DNA of 64,000 nt. It comes from a virus. The stretch spans positions 1 through 64,000 of the IMG/VR virus record IMGVR_UViG_3300009030_000001. One strand, 5' to 3'. Below the pieces are notes generated by a model. It ran no database searches, had not been told where the DNA came from, and worked only from the letters and a program-made list of their open reading frames with translations. Positions 10,391 through 21,329 of this stretch are shown here, in pieces; positions within the stretch are counted from its first letter, which is position 1; each line of letters opens with the position of its first letter. The position numbers and the translations under genes were made by a program.

Positions 10391-13130
10391 TGTAGACATT
10401 GAAGTTGGCACCGACAAGGCGGTGAAGAACGTAAAGAAACTCGGTACCGAGACCGAAAAGCTGACCAAGTCGACGGATAAGGCCGACAAGTCAACCCGCA
10501 AGTTCGAGGGTGGTCTAACCAAGACCGAGAAGAAGGCTGGCCTATTGACGGGCGCCATGAAGAAGCTAGCCGTCGCCGCGGCGGCATTCTTCACGATTCG
10601 TGCCGGTGCACAGGTCATCAAACAGATGGCTGCCTACGAAACGCAGTTAGTCGCCGTAGGAAAGACGGCCAACATCTCCGGCAAGGAACTCAAGGACATG
10701 GGGAAGCAGATCCAACTGATCGCTGCCCAATCCCCGCTGACGATCAAGGAGTTGTTGGACATCGCTGCCGCTGCGGGTCAACTTGGAGTTACCGGGGCCA
10801 GCAACATCATCGTGTTCGCCGAAACTGTGGCGAAGCTCGGCAGGGTATCAGACGTTGCAGGCGAAGAGGGCGCGAAGCAACTGGCCCGATTGCTTGGAGT
10901 CACCAGAGAATCGATCCAGACGATTCCACGACTTGCCGCCGTCATCACCGAACTCGGTAACACGTCGAAGGCGACAGAATCCGAGATTCTACGCACCGGC
11001 CTTGAAGTCGCGAAGGCTACGGCGATCTTCGATATCTCATCGGGTCAAGCCCTAGCCTACGGCGCGGCGTTGGCTTCCATCGGTGTGCAGGCGGAACTAG
11101 CGTCGAGCACTCTCGGTATGGCGTTTCGTTCCATGGACAAGGCGATTCGAGCGGGCGGTGATGAACTTGAACGCCTAACCAGGATCACCGGCGGTACAGG
11201 AAAAGAGATCGCTGACTTGTTTGGCCGGGATGCACCAGCAGCGTTCAACAAGTTCTTGGAAGGACTCGGGAAGATCAAACGAGAGGGCGGCGATGTGACC
11301 GCGGCGATGAAGTTGATCGGCCTGTCGGGACGCGGGATCAACAAGGTGCTGCCTGCCTTGGCCCTGAATGCCGACATGGTAGCGAAGAAGTTCCATGACA
11401 TGGAGGCAGAAGCAAAGGTCGCGACAGCCACAGACATTGAGTTCGGGCGGTCGGCAGACACCTTGGACGGCTCGTTCGTGAAACTCGGCAACACTTGGGA
11501 CATCTGGATTGCGACTCTGTCGAGCAGCAACTCCGACATCCAGGGAACGATCGAGATGTTCACAAAGTGGATTCAGGAGATCACTGGGGTTAGCGAAGCT
11601 CTCAAGAAGCTAGAATTCGACCGAGCGAACCTCACACAGTTGGGACCGCAGTTCGGGAGGCAGGGACTCGAAAGGGCTCAGGCGGTTCAAGTCGGCGATC
11701 CGGAGCGGGAACAACAAGCAATTCAAAACCAGATCGCGATTCTGGAGCAATTACGTGAACGTGCGGTCAAACAAGGATCAGCAGCGACGAGCACGCTGTT
11801 CCAAGTCGGTTTCGGAGTTCCTGGAGCGAAGGATCTCCAACAGGTTATCGATCAGTTGCGTAGCGAGCGCATCAAAGATGCAGCAGATCCTCGGGTGGGA
11901 GTGAGAAGGATAGCAACTGAGACCCAACCTCAGATCGTGGCTACACGATTCTTAGATCAGTTGATTAGTACACTGCAATCGAAACTAGCAACAGTCACGC
12001 TACGAATCGATGCGACTGGACGAGGAGCAGTACCACCCGGAGCACCGACGGTTCCAGGTGGTGGTGTTCCATCACCGTCGGGAGCAGTGGTTGGTGGCGG
12101 TGCATCTCCATCCGAAACAGGTAGAGACATAGGCGGCCCGGGTGCAAACGCTGCGCTGGATACCTTGCGCGCTACGACTCTGGAACGGATGGAGCAGATT
12201 CGACTACTCGGAATCGAACTGGAGTTCGGTGAAGAAGTCGCGCAGCAAGAGAAGGCACGTCTCGAAGCTGCGAAGGCAGCGAAGGACGCGTTCAAAGACC
12301 TCGGTGGGTTCCGAGAACTAGCTGTGAAGCGTGCTGGCGATGAGGCTGCCAAACAAGTCAAAGCCCAACAGGATGTGATAGCCCTGTTGGAGCAGAAGGA
12401 TGCGCTGGAATCGGCGAGCCAAGAGGTCGAGAACCTGCAACGCGGACTGAATCTCCTGAAGGCGACCGTGGACGAACGCGCACGAATGCAGGCGCAGCAG
12501 ACACTTCTTGAGATCGGACTTAGCAAGGAGCACGAGCAGTACGAAGAGATCCTCGCGACGCTTATCAAGATCAACAAGGCTCGTGACGACGAGACTGGGA
12601 AGTCGAGGGAGTTGACCATTCTGGAAAGGGCCAAGGGCGACGCAGCCGACCGGGTCCTTCAGGCATCGGTTGATCACTTGGTGAATCTGAGAAACGGGAT
12701 CAGGGAGACGAAGGCTTTGATTCAGTCTCTTCTAGACGATCTGCTTCGGATAGCGGCCAACGCTGCGATCAGCGGCATCATCAGATCGAACACGACCAAC
12801 GCTTTGGGGAACGTGTTCAGCGGTGGGAGAGTGATACAGCACGCGCTCGGCGCGGTCGTTACGGTTCCATCCGCGTTCCCGATGGCAGGAGGAAACATCG
12901 GCACGATCGCCGAGAAGTCACCGGAAGGGATCTTCCCGCTTGGAAGGAACTCGCGCGGCGAGTTGGGCGTGAAGAGTATCGATGGCGGTGGGCAAGCGAC
13001 GATCATCGATCGACGGCCGACCACCCACAACTACTTCGGGGTCCAGGACACCGGAGATGCGATGCGCCGCAGCCGCAGGCAGGAGGTCAGGGACACCCGT
13101 GACAGCACGGTGAGGAGTGGACCGCTGTAG
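10383..13130 (+). CDS. Tape measure protein (TP901-like core)
   Basis: 915 aa, Ala/Leu helical; ELLDIAAAAGQLG core; C-terminal ALG.VF.GG...IAEKSPEGIFPLGR...LGV motif. Confidence 0.9.
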   Translation: MADVDIEVGTDKAVKNVKKLGTETEKLTKSTDKADKSTRKFEGGLTKTEKKAGLLTGAMKKLAVAAAAFFTIRAGAQVIKQMAAYETQLVAVGKTANISGKELKDMGKQIQLIAAQSPLTIKELLDIAAAAGQLGVTGASNIIVFAETVAKLGRVSDVAGEEGAKQLARLLGVTRESIQTIPRLAAVITELGNTSKATESEILRTGLEVAKATAIFDISSGQALAYGAALASIGVQAELASSTLGMAFRSMDKAIRAGGDELERLTRITGGTGKEIADLFGRDAPAAFNKFLEGLGKIKREGGDVTAAMKLIGLSGRGINKVLPALALNADMVAKKFHDMEAEAKVATATDIEFGRSADTLDGSFVKLGNTWDIWIATLSSSNSDIQGTIEMFTKWIQEITGVSEALKKLEFDRANLTQLGPQFGRQGLERAQAVQVGDPEREQQAIQNQIAILEQLRERAVKQGSAATSTLFQVGFGVPGAKDLQQVIDQLRSERIKDAADPRVGVRRIATETQPQIVATRFLDQLISTLQSKLATVTLRIDATGRGAVPPGAPTVPGGGVPSPSGAVVGGGASPSETGRDIGGPGANAALDTLRATTLERMEQIRLLGIELEFGEEVAQQEKARLEAAKAAKDAFKDLGGFRELAVKRAGDEAAKQVKAQQDVIALLEQKDALESASQEVENLQRGLNLLKATVDERARMQAQQTLLEIGLSKEHEQYEEILATLIKINKARDDETGKSRELTILERAKGDAADRVLQASVDHLVNLRNGIRETKALIQSLLDDLLRIAANAAISGIIRSNTTNALGNVFSGGRVIQHALGAVVTVPSAFPMAGGNIGTIAEKSPEGIFPLGRNSRGELGVKSIDGGGQATIIDRRPTTHNYFGVQDTGDAMRRSRRQEVRDTRDSTVRSGPL

Positions 13131-14140
13131 TGGGATTCCATCGGGCAGTCCTACCGAAGAAGTTCTTCGGCCGAGGATCGGTGATCGGACCGGGACACAA
13201 GACGATGATTCCGGACGCCCACAGTGGTGTTGTGGATACCAGAGTCTCCCGGTGGCCGCAGTCGCGTCGGCTGTTCACGATCAAGAACGAATTGAGCGGT
13301 GACGATGCTCGCGAGTTGATGGAGTTCGTGATTGCTCGCGCTGGGATGGCGCATTCGTTCCTGATCCAAGACGAAAAGGACTTCTCCACGGCCGCGGACG
13401 ATACCGGTGCCTCCGCGTTTGGCGACGTGGTGATTGGTGTGGGGGATGGTGCCAACACCGAGTTCGAACTACAGAAACTGTACGGCGCATCCGGATTCGA
13501 ACAGACCCGGATCCTACGCAAACCCCAACGGGACAGCGTCCTGATAGGGGTGGACGGTGCGCAGAAGATTCCCGAACAGGAATTCACGATCGATCACGAT
13601 CTCGGACGCGCATCCTTCGATATACCACCCGCCGATACGCTTGACGTCACCGCCGGGTTCAAGTTCTACAACCATGTCCGCTTCACTGAGAAGGTTGATA
13701 CGTGGTTGAACTCCGCACACGTCGATACTGACATGCACGATGTCAACGTGGAGATGATGGAGGAACACGTCACGGTAGGCGTCGCGGGCCCAGTGGAATG
13801 CGTGACCGATCTAGACTACTACGGCGGCGCGTTCAACTTGCCCGAGGTCTCGGGGGTTGCGTTCCTGTCCTTCAATTTCGGTCGATTCCTGGTCGCGACA
13901 CCATCGTCGCCGCTGACGCTCCGATTCCCATTCCCCGGCCTGCTGGAACTTGGTGGCCCATACTTCGCCGTGTACAACGCGGGCACGGCGGACGTCACCT
14001 TGGATGCCTACACGAATCTCGCGCACAGCGCGATCTTTGCTTTCGCCCATGGATCAGTTGTGAAGCCGCACCGGCTTCGCGAGTGCTTCATCGTGAAGGG
14101 CGTTTCTCCAATCTTCGACAGTGAGTGGATAGCGAGGTGA
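13130..14140 (+). CDS. Distal tail protein, DUF2460-like (copy 1) with C-terminal extension
   Basis: FH...P...GPGHKT...SG...R..W...R...FVIARAG.AHSF...D..DF...GVGDG..TEFEL.K.YG...R...KP. Confidence 0.8.
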   Translation: MGFHRAVLPKKFFGRGSVIGPGHKTMIPDAHSGVVDTRVSRWPQSRRLFTIKNELSGDDARELMEFVIARAGMAHSFLIQDEKDFSTAADDTGASAFGDVVIGVGDGANTEFELQKLYGASGFEQTRILRKPQRDSVLIGVDGAQKIPEQEFTIDHDLGRASFDIPPADTLDVTAGFKFYNHVRFTEKVDTWLNSAHVDTDMHDVNVEMMEEHVTVGVAGPVECVTDLDYYGGAFNLPEVSGVAFLSFNFGRFLVATPSSPLTLRFPFPGLLELGGPYFAVYNAGTADVTLDAYTNLAHSAIFAFAHGSVVKPHRLRECFIVKGVSPIFDSEWIAR

Positions 14141-14143
14141 ACC

Positions 14144-14806
14144 ATGGCAGATGAAGTTCAACTGAATGCAGGATCCGGTGGTGACAAGATCGCCGCGGAT
14201 GAGATCGCCGGACTCAAGCATCAGCGGGTGAAGATCCAGCACGGGGGGGATGGCGCGGCTACCGATGTCAGTACCGCGTCGCCACTCCCAACTCGCCTCA
14301 CCCTACCGGGAACGCCATTCATCCGGTACCTGGACATCGTCGGGGATGGAACCGGAACGAAACAGGCCGCGGTGGACTATTCGGGAGGCGCCGAAGAGTT
14401 CTTCATCGCGCCACCGAGCGGCGACGACTTCGTGATCCAACAGTTCGCGATGGTGATTGCCGATACAGGATCGTTCGATGGCGACTTCTTCGCGGCCACT
14501 GCTGGCCTACTCAGCATCGGGCTCGCTATCGCCGTGACAGACGCGGTTCCGGTCGTTCAGATCAACCTGCTCGATGGAATCCCGATCAAACGGAACTCGG
14601 AGATCTTCAACATCTTCTCCCGTGTGGTCCTGAACGATCTCGGATCCGGCCGAAAGATCCTGCACGCCGTGATCGACTTTGATTCCATGGGATTCCCGCT
14701 CGAACTGGACGGAGGGATCAACGATCGTCTGATGGTTACTCTGAACGATGACTTCTCCTTGTTGGATGACTTCTACTTCGTAGCGCGAGGGTACGAAAAG
14801 GATTAG
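14144..14806 (+). CDS. Putative tail/baseplate accessory protein
   Basis: N-terminal motif LNAGSGG..IAADEI.G..HQRVK..G.DG.A.DVS...PLP seen in phage structural proteins. Confidence 0.5.
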   Translation: MADEVQLNAGSGGDKIAADEIAGLKHQRVKIQHGGDGAATDVSTASPLPTRLTLPGTPFIRYLDIVGDGTGTKQAAVDYSGGAEEFFIAPPSGDDFVIQQFAMVIADTGSFDGDFFAATAGLLSIGLAIAVTDAVPVVQINLLDGIPIKRNSEIFNIFSRVVLNDLGSGRKILHAVIDFDSMGFPLELDGGINDRLMVTLNDDFSLLDDFYFVARGYEKD

Positions 14807-14808
14807 CC

Positions 14809-15960
14809 GTGCTGCTACCACTGCTAGAAAATCTGCGGGCGCCTCCGCTTATTGCGGATCCGGACTTTAGTGTCCCCGAAACATCCGGTGCACCGTTAGC
14901 GTTGCTGGGTGGTCATCACGACGTACTGATGCCGAGAAAGTTCGTCGATACGCTGCAAACCTACGGTCCAGGCCATCGGACAACCCGATTCACCGCTGCG
15001 GCAGGAGCGGATCGATTCCAACAGCATTGGTCACAGGCGCAGCGTCAGTACGTCTCTTCGATCAGCAATCTTCCGACGGCTGACATCGATGAGTTGGTCG
15101 ATTTCGTACTTGCCAGGAAAGGGGGCGCGTTCTCGTTCAACATCGAGGATCCGAACGACTTCACGACCGCGTCGAACCACATCGCAGCGCACACAGCTTT
15201 CGACGTGACGGAGGGCCCGACCAAGGAAACTGGCACGTTCGTGACGCCGATCTACAAGCGGTATGCGGACGACACCAGATTCGAGGTAACCCGAAGGCTG
15301 CACTACGTCGAGGAGATCCTTGTCGCTGTCGATGGATCTCCGGTGACCGCAGGCATTAATTACTTCCTGACGAAGTCGCCGGCGACCATCAACTGGATCC
15401 TGGCACCAGGGCAGGGCAGCGTGGTTACCTGGGGAGCACTGTTCTACACCCGAGTCCGGTTCAACGCGGATCTTGACCAATGGTTGAGGGCTATCCGAGA
15501 TGTCGAAAGCGGAAGCACCGAACTTCCCCTGATCGAGGAGAAGGTGGCCGGCCAGATTCTGACGCTGGACGATGTCGATAGGCTACGACCGAACGCGCTT
15601 GAAGACGGCGCGCATGGCGTCACCGGACCGCTGACCAACGTCGAGTTCAGCCAGGGCTTCATCCACTTCTTCAATCCGGCTGGGTTCACTCACGTCCGGA
15701 TGCCGCCAATCCTGCTGAACGGGGAGATCGTCGGTTTCGACTGGCGTACTCCCAAGGGTGGACCGCACTTCTGGATCTTCAATCAGTCCGCGGCCAACAA
15801 GCTCCTGCTATTCGAGTACTTCCCCACGGGAACCAGTGGTGGAACCATTTGGCAGCCGATTCAGGCCGGAGGTCCAAGCACGGTGGAAAATAACATCATC
15901 GGACCAGGACAAGCCCGCAAGCTGTGGGTGACGTTCGACTCGCGATGGAGGGCGTTCTAA
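14809..15960 (+). CDS. Distal tail protein, DUF2460-like (copy 2)
   Basis: Paralogous motifs GPGHRT...W..A.R.Y...FVLARKG..FSF..EDP.DF...K.Y...VRF..D. Confidence 0.7.
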   Translation: MLLPLLENLRAPPLIADPDFSVPETSGAPLALLGGHHDVLMPRKFVDTLQTYGPGHRTTRFTAAAGADRFQQHWSQAQRQYVSSISNLPTADIDELVDFVLARKGGAFSFNIEDPNDFTTASNHIAAHTAFDVTEGPTKETGTFVTPIYKRYADDTRFEVTRRLHYVEEILVAVDGSPVTAGINYFLTKSPATINWILAPGQGSVVTWGALFYTRVRFNADLDQWLRAIRDVESGSTELPLIEEKVAGQILTLDDVDRLRPNALEDGAHGVTGPLTNVEFSQGFIHFFNPAGFTHVRMPPILLNGEIVGFDWRTPKGGPHFWIFNQSAANKLLLFEYFPTGTSGGTIWQPIQAGGPSTVENNIIGPGQARKLWVTFDSRWRAF

Positions 15961-15962
15961 CC

Positions 15963-16355
15963 ATGGCGTCGCGAGTCGAAGTTATGATGGGTGGGGCTGA
16001 TGTCGTTTGCCTCGCTGGGAATGATCTGCATCAGTTGCACGCCAACCGTCTCCTGTTTGTGGACACGACCGCGCCGGGAGGGGTTGCTGACATTCGACTG
16101 CCTTCGGCCAAAGGATTGCCTACGGGGTCGACTCAATACAAGATCATCTTCGCGACGACCAGCATCGTAGATTTCCGGATATTGGATCGAGGCGACAACA
16201 TCCTGGACATCTTCGACCGGAACCAAGATATACGGACACTGATCGACGTCAGCATTACGGCGCAGTGGTCGACACAGCCCGCTATCGAATGCACGTTGTT
16301 AGTAGCGAGCACGAACAACGGCGTTTGGATCAACCGATTCTGGGGTGAGACATGA
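15963..16355 (+). CDS. Hypothetical baseplate protein
   Basis: ATG at 15963; overlaps the next gene. Confidence 0.5.
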   Translation: MASRVEVMMGGADVVCLAGNDLHQLHANRLLFVDTTAPGGVADIRLPSAKGLPTGSTQYKIIFATTSIVDFRILDRGDNILDIFDRNQDIRTLIDVSITAQWSTQPAIECTLLVASTNNGVWINRFWGET

Positions 16356-17326
16356 CCACTGGAGCGTTCCAAGGCAACATCGATGCGATCGACCGGGGCA
16401 CCTCGGCGTTTGCTTTCCTGTGGGCGATCAAACGCATCGATGGGAAGTTCGAATACTTCACGTCACATGATCAGGACATCGTGATTGGCATCACCATCCC
16501 TGTGGTTGATGGCGGCACCAAGGTAATTCGATTCGTAGCAACCGGTAGCTTCGCGTTTTCGAACGCCCGCAAGGAGGTTGGTCTGCGACCGGAAAACCGA
16601 GAAGCCAACGCGGTAGTCAACGGGTTCAACTTCATGGCGAGCGGGGGATGGAACGCGTTTCGCGAGAGGCGATACCTCGGCGCCGATATCATTCAGTGGC
16701 GGGTGGATTGGCGTTGGCCGAAGTGGTCAGCGTTGGATCAGATCACCTACACGATCACATCCGTCGAGTACGATCGCGACACGGTGACGCTTGAAATGCA
16801 GCAGAAGCACCTGACGCGGGCGCGTGAACACTTCGGGGTGGCGTTCTGTCGGAACTGCCGATTCTCGCTAGGAGATCATGACGCTGATGGTCGCGGCTGT
16901 GGGCGTGATCGAACTTCACAGGGTGGCGTTCACATCCAGATCGAAAACCGAACCTATACGAATCGTGCGATTGCTACGGTGATCACGCAACGGCGATCCT
17001 TCCAGATATCGAGTCTCGGTCTTCCAATCGGTCACACGTTCACCCAGGGAGCGGTGAAGTTCCAGTCCAGCGACAACGTCGACATCACCCTGGAGGTTTC
17101 GTTCTACGATGAAGCAACCCTGACGCCGTTTTTATCAGGGACGATTCACCTCGTCGAAGACACTCCGAGGGACTTCGCTATCAACGATATCGTTACCGTC
17201 ATCGAAGGTTGCGACGGCGAGTTCACTACCTGTAAGGATACGTACAAGAACGAACTGAACTTCGGCGGTGAAAAGGACATGCCGGGGCCACGCAAGGCAA
17301 GGCAGCCGGCGAGGGAGAAGGTGTAG
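16352..17326 (+). CDS. Baseplate hub protein (DUF2163/BR0599 family)
   Basis: W.I.R.DG...FTSHD.D; C...LGD...CG; GCD....C...Y.N..NFGG...P. Confidence 0.85.
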   Translation: MTTGAFQGNIDAIDRGTSAFAFLWAIKRIDGKFEYFTSHDQDIVIGITIPVVDGGTKVIRFVATGSFAFSNARKEVGLRPENREANAVVNGFNFMASGGWNAFRERRYLGADIIQWRVDWRWPKWSALDQITYTITSVEYDRDTVTLEMQQKHLTRAREHFGVAFCRNCRFSLGDHDADGRGCGRDRTSQGGVHIQIENRTYTNRAIATVITQRRSFQISSLGLPIGHTFTQGAVKFQSSDNVDITLEVSFYDEATLTPFLSGTIHLVEDTPRDFAINDIVTVIEGCDGEFTTCKDTYKNELNFGGEKDMPGPRKARQPAREKV

Positions 17327-17328
17327 AC

Positions 17329-20202
17329 ATGGCCCTTCGGGATTTCGGCGCGACTCTCATTCAGTTGGTATTCACCGTTGCCGGCGCCGCGGCTGGTGCT
17401 TACTTCGGCAACCCGATACTCGGTGCGAAGGCTGGTGCAGCAGTAGGCGCAGCGGTCGGCGGCGTGGTGGGATCTCTCGTCGCCAACGAACTGATCTATC
17501 CCGATGGGAGAATCGGTGATAGTCCGGCGACGATACTTCCAGATTTGACCAATACCGCCGAGGGCGGTCCTGCGATCTATGCGTTCGGCAGCGGTGTCAG
17601 GGTGCGTGGTCAGTTGATCTGGATGTCGACAGTCTTCATCGACAACGGGCACCGAACAGCGCATGTGGCGATAGCCGTAAATCGTCGCCTGACCAATTCC
17701 TTGTTCGCGATCTACGCGGACGGCTACAAGATTTTCACCACGATAGGCACGCGGGTGATCGGCACTGGACAGGTCCAGATTCGTCACTTCTTGCAGACTC
17801 CGAACCTCGTATTCACCCGCCTAGATTCTCCAGGGGGGCAGGTTGATCTGACCCAAATCAAGGTCGGTGGTGGGGAGTTCAAGATCACCCTCAGTGGATT
17901 CTCCAAGCCACAGAACAATGCGGCCAAATTCTTGGTCTTGTTTACCGGCCGATTCAAATCAGGCGGCGGCACATACGTGATGCTGCGGGCTGAGGACATG
18001 ACCACCTTCCTTCCGACGCCGTCGAACTTTGACGAGGGGATCACCCCGAATGTCACGGTTACCGAAAAGATCACGATCGGTGTCAATCGTGATTTCGCGA
18101 AGGCGATCACGTTCCATGACGGCACAGCGGGACAGGCACTGGACCCTCTCATGGTTCAGCATCAAGTCGAGCCGGTCGCGCATGAAGGGCTGTCCTACTA
18201 CGTCATCGACTCGCTGCGTCTGACGCAATTCGGCAACCGTGTTCCTCTAGACACCACACATATACTGGTCGCGGACGATGCTACGTACACGCTGGGCGAC
18301 GTGATTCGCGACGTGTTCGCGATCGGCGCTGCTCCGGCTCACCCCGACGGTCCAGTCGTCCCGAATACTGACGGCGTGACTGGCGCCTTGGATCAATTCA
18401 GAGGATTCGTCAGCTACGGTAACAATTCGATCGTCGGCAGGATGCAATCGCTGATCACCGCCTACAACCTTCTCGCTCAGGTTCGCGACGATACCGTTTA
18501 CATCTTCACCCCAGACAACGCCCGCATCTCATTCATCAACGAGTTCGAGTTCGGGATCACATCAGCGGCGACCGGTGCCGGGATCCGATTCTCCCCGGAG
18601 CGATCCGACAGCGAACTACCATCCGGCGTCACGTTGCATTTCTCCGATGTGGACAAGAACCTGGAGGATGCGGCGGTCGACGAGCACAAGACGAGGAACG
18701 AATTTCGCCATGACAACATGGTGAATGTGGACCTTCGCGCCCATTCGCTAACAGTGTCTGAGGCACGTTCAATCGCACTTCGAATTCTGTGGGAGCCGTC
18801 ACGACAGCGACAGGCATGGCGTGGGTCATTGCCGGCGAATTTCTACTACCTGCTCGAAAACGACGCGATCAACACCACGGTGAACGGGGAGAAGGTGAAG
18901 CTCCTGATCAAGAAGATTGACCAGGGCGCGATGGGGACGATTGAGTTGGAGGGGTTCGTGATCACCGATCCCATCACCCTCAGCATCGCTGAGTCATCTA
19001 CCTTCGAAGACTTCTCGACCGACGATTCAGAGGTCAACGATGGCCGCTCCCAGTTGACTCTTGCGATCTGCGAACTGCCTGCACTGACGCCGGACGAGAT
19101 CGTAGAGCCGTCCTATTACCTGCCGGTCGCATCGTACGGCGAGCGTCGGATCGAGTCGGCGCAGATCCAACAGACCTGTGATTGTGACGGGGTGACATTC
19201 GAGAAGATTGCGGATGTAGTTGATGAGGCGGCGATAGGGATCGTCGTCGATGGCTCAGACTTCCAAGACCGCGCGATACCGAATCAGTTTGATCGAGAGT
19301 CGTCGATCGATGTCGTGCTATTTCAGGGCACGCTACGAGCGCATGAAGAGCCGATGGTGCTGTGCGGTTCGAATCTAGCCTGCGTCGATGGCGAGGTATT
19401 CGCGTTCTCTGGCGTCGAGGATCTTGGGTTCGTCGATGATGAACTCGGTCGAGTCTACCGGCTGACTACGATGCTGCGGGGCATGATGGACACCGATCCT
19501 AGCCACCGGCCCGAGCGTGGCGTTCAATTCGTCATGCTCACGAATCACGCCGCGTTGAACCCGATCAGAATCCCCTGGGGGTCGATCGGATCCCCACGCA
19601 CGGTACGAGCCACAACTGGCGGCGATGTTCTCGATGACGAGGTATTCGATGCGGACACGTTCACCCCGCTCGCGCACAACCTTCGTCCGTTCGCGGTTGT
19701 CAACATCACCGGGTCGATCGATGGCTCGGACAACTGGAACATCTTCTGGGTTCGACGCTCGCGTTACCCCGGGTTCCGAGTCGTGTCGCAGTTCAACGAT
19801 CAAGACGTGGACGCCAGACTGTACCAAGTAGAGATCTTGGATGGCCCGAACGGAACGATCAAGCGATCGACGACGGGGGTCACTGAGTCGTTCCAGTATC
19901 TGTCCGCTGATCAGGTCACCGACTTTGGTTCCAACCAGACCCGAATCTACGTGCGGATCAGTCGCATCGGAACCTGGGGCATCGGTAAGCCTGCTGAAGC
20001 TACGCTCCCAGGTGACATCGTCTACGGCCGGTCAAATGCTGACGGTGTTGCCACTGCGGTAGCCACTGGCAAACTCATCGCAGGCGGAAAGGCGTTGGCT
20101 GACGGCGTTGCTACAGCGACGGCGCGAGGCGTCCGAATCATCCAGGGAACTGCTACAGCGGCAGGAACATCAACAGCAACCGCAGATGGAAACGTGATCT
20201 AG
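17329..20202 (+). CDS. Central tail/host-specificity 'megatron'-like protein
   Basis: G..RV.GQLIW, Y.VI..L.LT.FGNR.P, ELPS.V.L.F.D, N.A.V.GE...F, Y.LT..LRG..T, W.RRSR; C-terminal Ala/Thr repeats. Confidence 0.85.
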   Translation: MALRDFGATLIQLVFTVAGAAAGAYFGNPILGAKAGAAVGAAVGGVVGSLVANELIYPDGRIGDSPATILPDLTNTAEGGPAIYAFGSGVRVRGQLIWMSTVFIDNGHRTAHVAIAVNRRLTNSLFAIYADGYKIFTTIGTRVIGTGQVQIRHFLQTPNLVFTRLDSPGGQVDLTQIKVGGGEFKITLSGFSKPQNNAAKFLVLFTGRFKSGGGTYVMLRAEDMTTFLPTPSNFDEGITPNVTVTEKITIGVNRDFAKAITFHDGTAGQALDPLMVQHQVEPVAHEGLSYYVIDSLRLTQFGNRVPLDTTHILVADDATYTLGDVIRDVFAIGAAPAHPDGPVVPNTDGVTGALDQFRGFVSYGNNSIVGRMQSLITAYNLLAQVRDDTVYIFTPDNARISFINEFEFGITSAATGAGIRFSPERSDSELPSGVTLHFSDVDKNLEDAAVDEHKTRNEFRHDNMVNVDLRAHSLTVSEARSIALRILWEPSRQRQAWRGSLPANFYYLLENDAINTTVNGEKVKLLIKKIDQGAMGTIELEGFVITDPITLSIAESSTFEDFSTDDSEVNDGRSQLTLAICELPALTPDEIVEPSYYLPVASYGERRIESAQIQQTCDCDGVTFEKIADVVDEAAIGIVVDGSDFQDRAIPNQFDRESSIDVVLFQGTLRAHEEPMVLCGSNLACVDGEVFAFSGVEDLGFVDDELGRVYRLTTMLRGMMDTDPSHRPERGVQFVMLTNHAALNPIRIPWGSIGSPRTVRATTGGDVLDDEVFDADTFTPLAHNLRPFAVVNITGSIDGSDNWNIFWVRRSRYPGFRVVSQFNDQDVDARLYQVEILDGPNGTIKRSTTGVTESFQYLSADQVTDFGSNQTRIYVRISRIGTWGIGKPAEATLPGDIVYGRSNADGVATAVATGKLIAGGKALADGVATATARGVRIIQGTATAAGTSTATADGNVI

Positions 20203-20206
20203 AGCC

Positions 20207-20713
20207 ATGGTAACGACCAAGAATCTCAACCTCACCCATATCGCCGACAGCGCGAACCAAGCCGCGGCGGTCAACACGGCATTGAACATCATCGACGCGA
20301 TGACGCGCGGCGGCGTTGCCATCAACGAGACCGACACGCCGCCTGGGTCTCCAGGAGAAGGTGATACCTACATCGTCGGCACGGCACCGACAGGTCTATG
20401 GTCTTCGAACCCGGAGGACATAGCGATGTACTTCACCGGTTGGGTGTTCGTCACGCCGAAGAAGGGTTGGCTCGTGCACGAACAGACCAACGACATCGAC
20501 AGGTTCTTCGATGGCGCGAGCTGGATCAACCATCGGCAAGGCGATGCGGTAACCAGCTTGACCGACAACAGTGGCGGTGCCGCCTCCAATACGATCGCAT
20601 CGATCGGTGCGACCTACGATCAGAACGAGGTCCGCAACGCGGTGGCGTCTCTCGCAGCCAAGATCAACACGCTCATCTCGCGAATGGAGGGGAACGACTC
20701 CCTGGCACCATAG
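20207..20713 (+). CDS. DUF2793-family tail protein
   Basis: T..L.L..I...Q...VN.AL..ID...TPPGSP.EGD.YIV...PTG.W...IA....GW.F..P..GW. Confidence 0.85.
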   Translation: MVTTKNLNLTHIADSANQAAAVNTALNIIDAMTRGGVAINETDTPPGSPGEGDTYIVGTAPTGLWSSNPEDIAMYFTGWVFVTPKKGWLVHEQTNDIDRFFDGASWINHRQGDAVTSLTDNSGGAASNTIASIGATYDQNEVRNAVASLAAKINTLISRMEGNDSLAP

Positions 20714-20715
20714 CC

Positions 20716-21030
20716 ATGCAAGCATCGAAGGTAGTACTGGCCCGTGACGGCGAGCCTTCGCTCGCGTTCCACGGTGTCATGATTGCGCAGGCTGGTCGGC
20801 GACGAAGCGGACAGATCCGTTGGCATGTACTACGGGTCTACCAGACCGACGATGAGCCGTCACGTTTCGTGGTGCACACGATCAAGTACAGCACTGAGTC
20901 GACGGAACGGATCCTGTCGTCGGTGGAAGTCTTGGAATCGCTCGACGACTTTGGACAGCAATTCGGTGGAAAGGCGCTCGGCAAGATCGTCTGTGAGCAG
21001 TTGAAGATCGACAACGTGGAGGAAGTGTGA
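20716..21030 (+). CDS. Hypothetical protein (paralog of 21027-21329 and 28018-28329)
   Basis: RDGEPSLAF.G..I...RW..L.VY.T. Confidence 0.6.
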   Translation: MQASKVVLARDGEPSLAFHGVMIAQAGRRRSGQIRWHVLRVYQTDDEPSRFVVHTIKYSTESTERILSSVEVLESLDDFGQQFGGKALGKIVCEQLKIDNVEEV

Positions 21031-21329
21031 GGTACACGTTCACGGACGAAGATGGTGGCACGCACGAGTTCGTTGCGGTGAGCGTGGTGGTGCACTCCAC
21101 TCGTGGGGCTAGGAGTCTGCGATGGTACGAGGGCACGCTGATCAAGACCGTCGATGGTACCTGGGCGTGCCAGATCCTGGGGAAAAGTCAGGTGGAAGGG
21201 GAGACAACCCGAGTAGTTCTGCACACGGCCCGAACCGACCGGGAGTTGACGGCCAAGTTAGGGCAGACTCCGGTGGCGCAGAAGCTGTACCAGTTGGCCA
21301 GAGTGGACAACGTGGAGTGGTTGGAGTAG
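21027..21329 (+). CDS. Hypothetical protein (same family)
   Basis: RW.E..L.KT..G......G.S..EGE. Confidence 0.6.
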   Translation: MRYTFTDEDGGTHEFVAVSVVVHSTRGARSLRWYEGTLIKTVDGTWACQILGKSQVEGETTRVVLHTARTDRELTAKLGQTPVAQKLYQLARVDNVEWLE

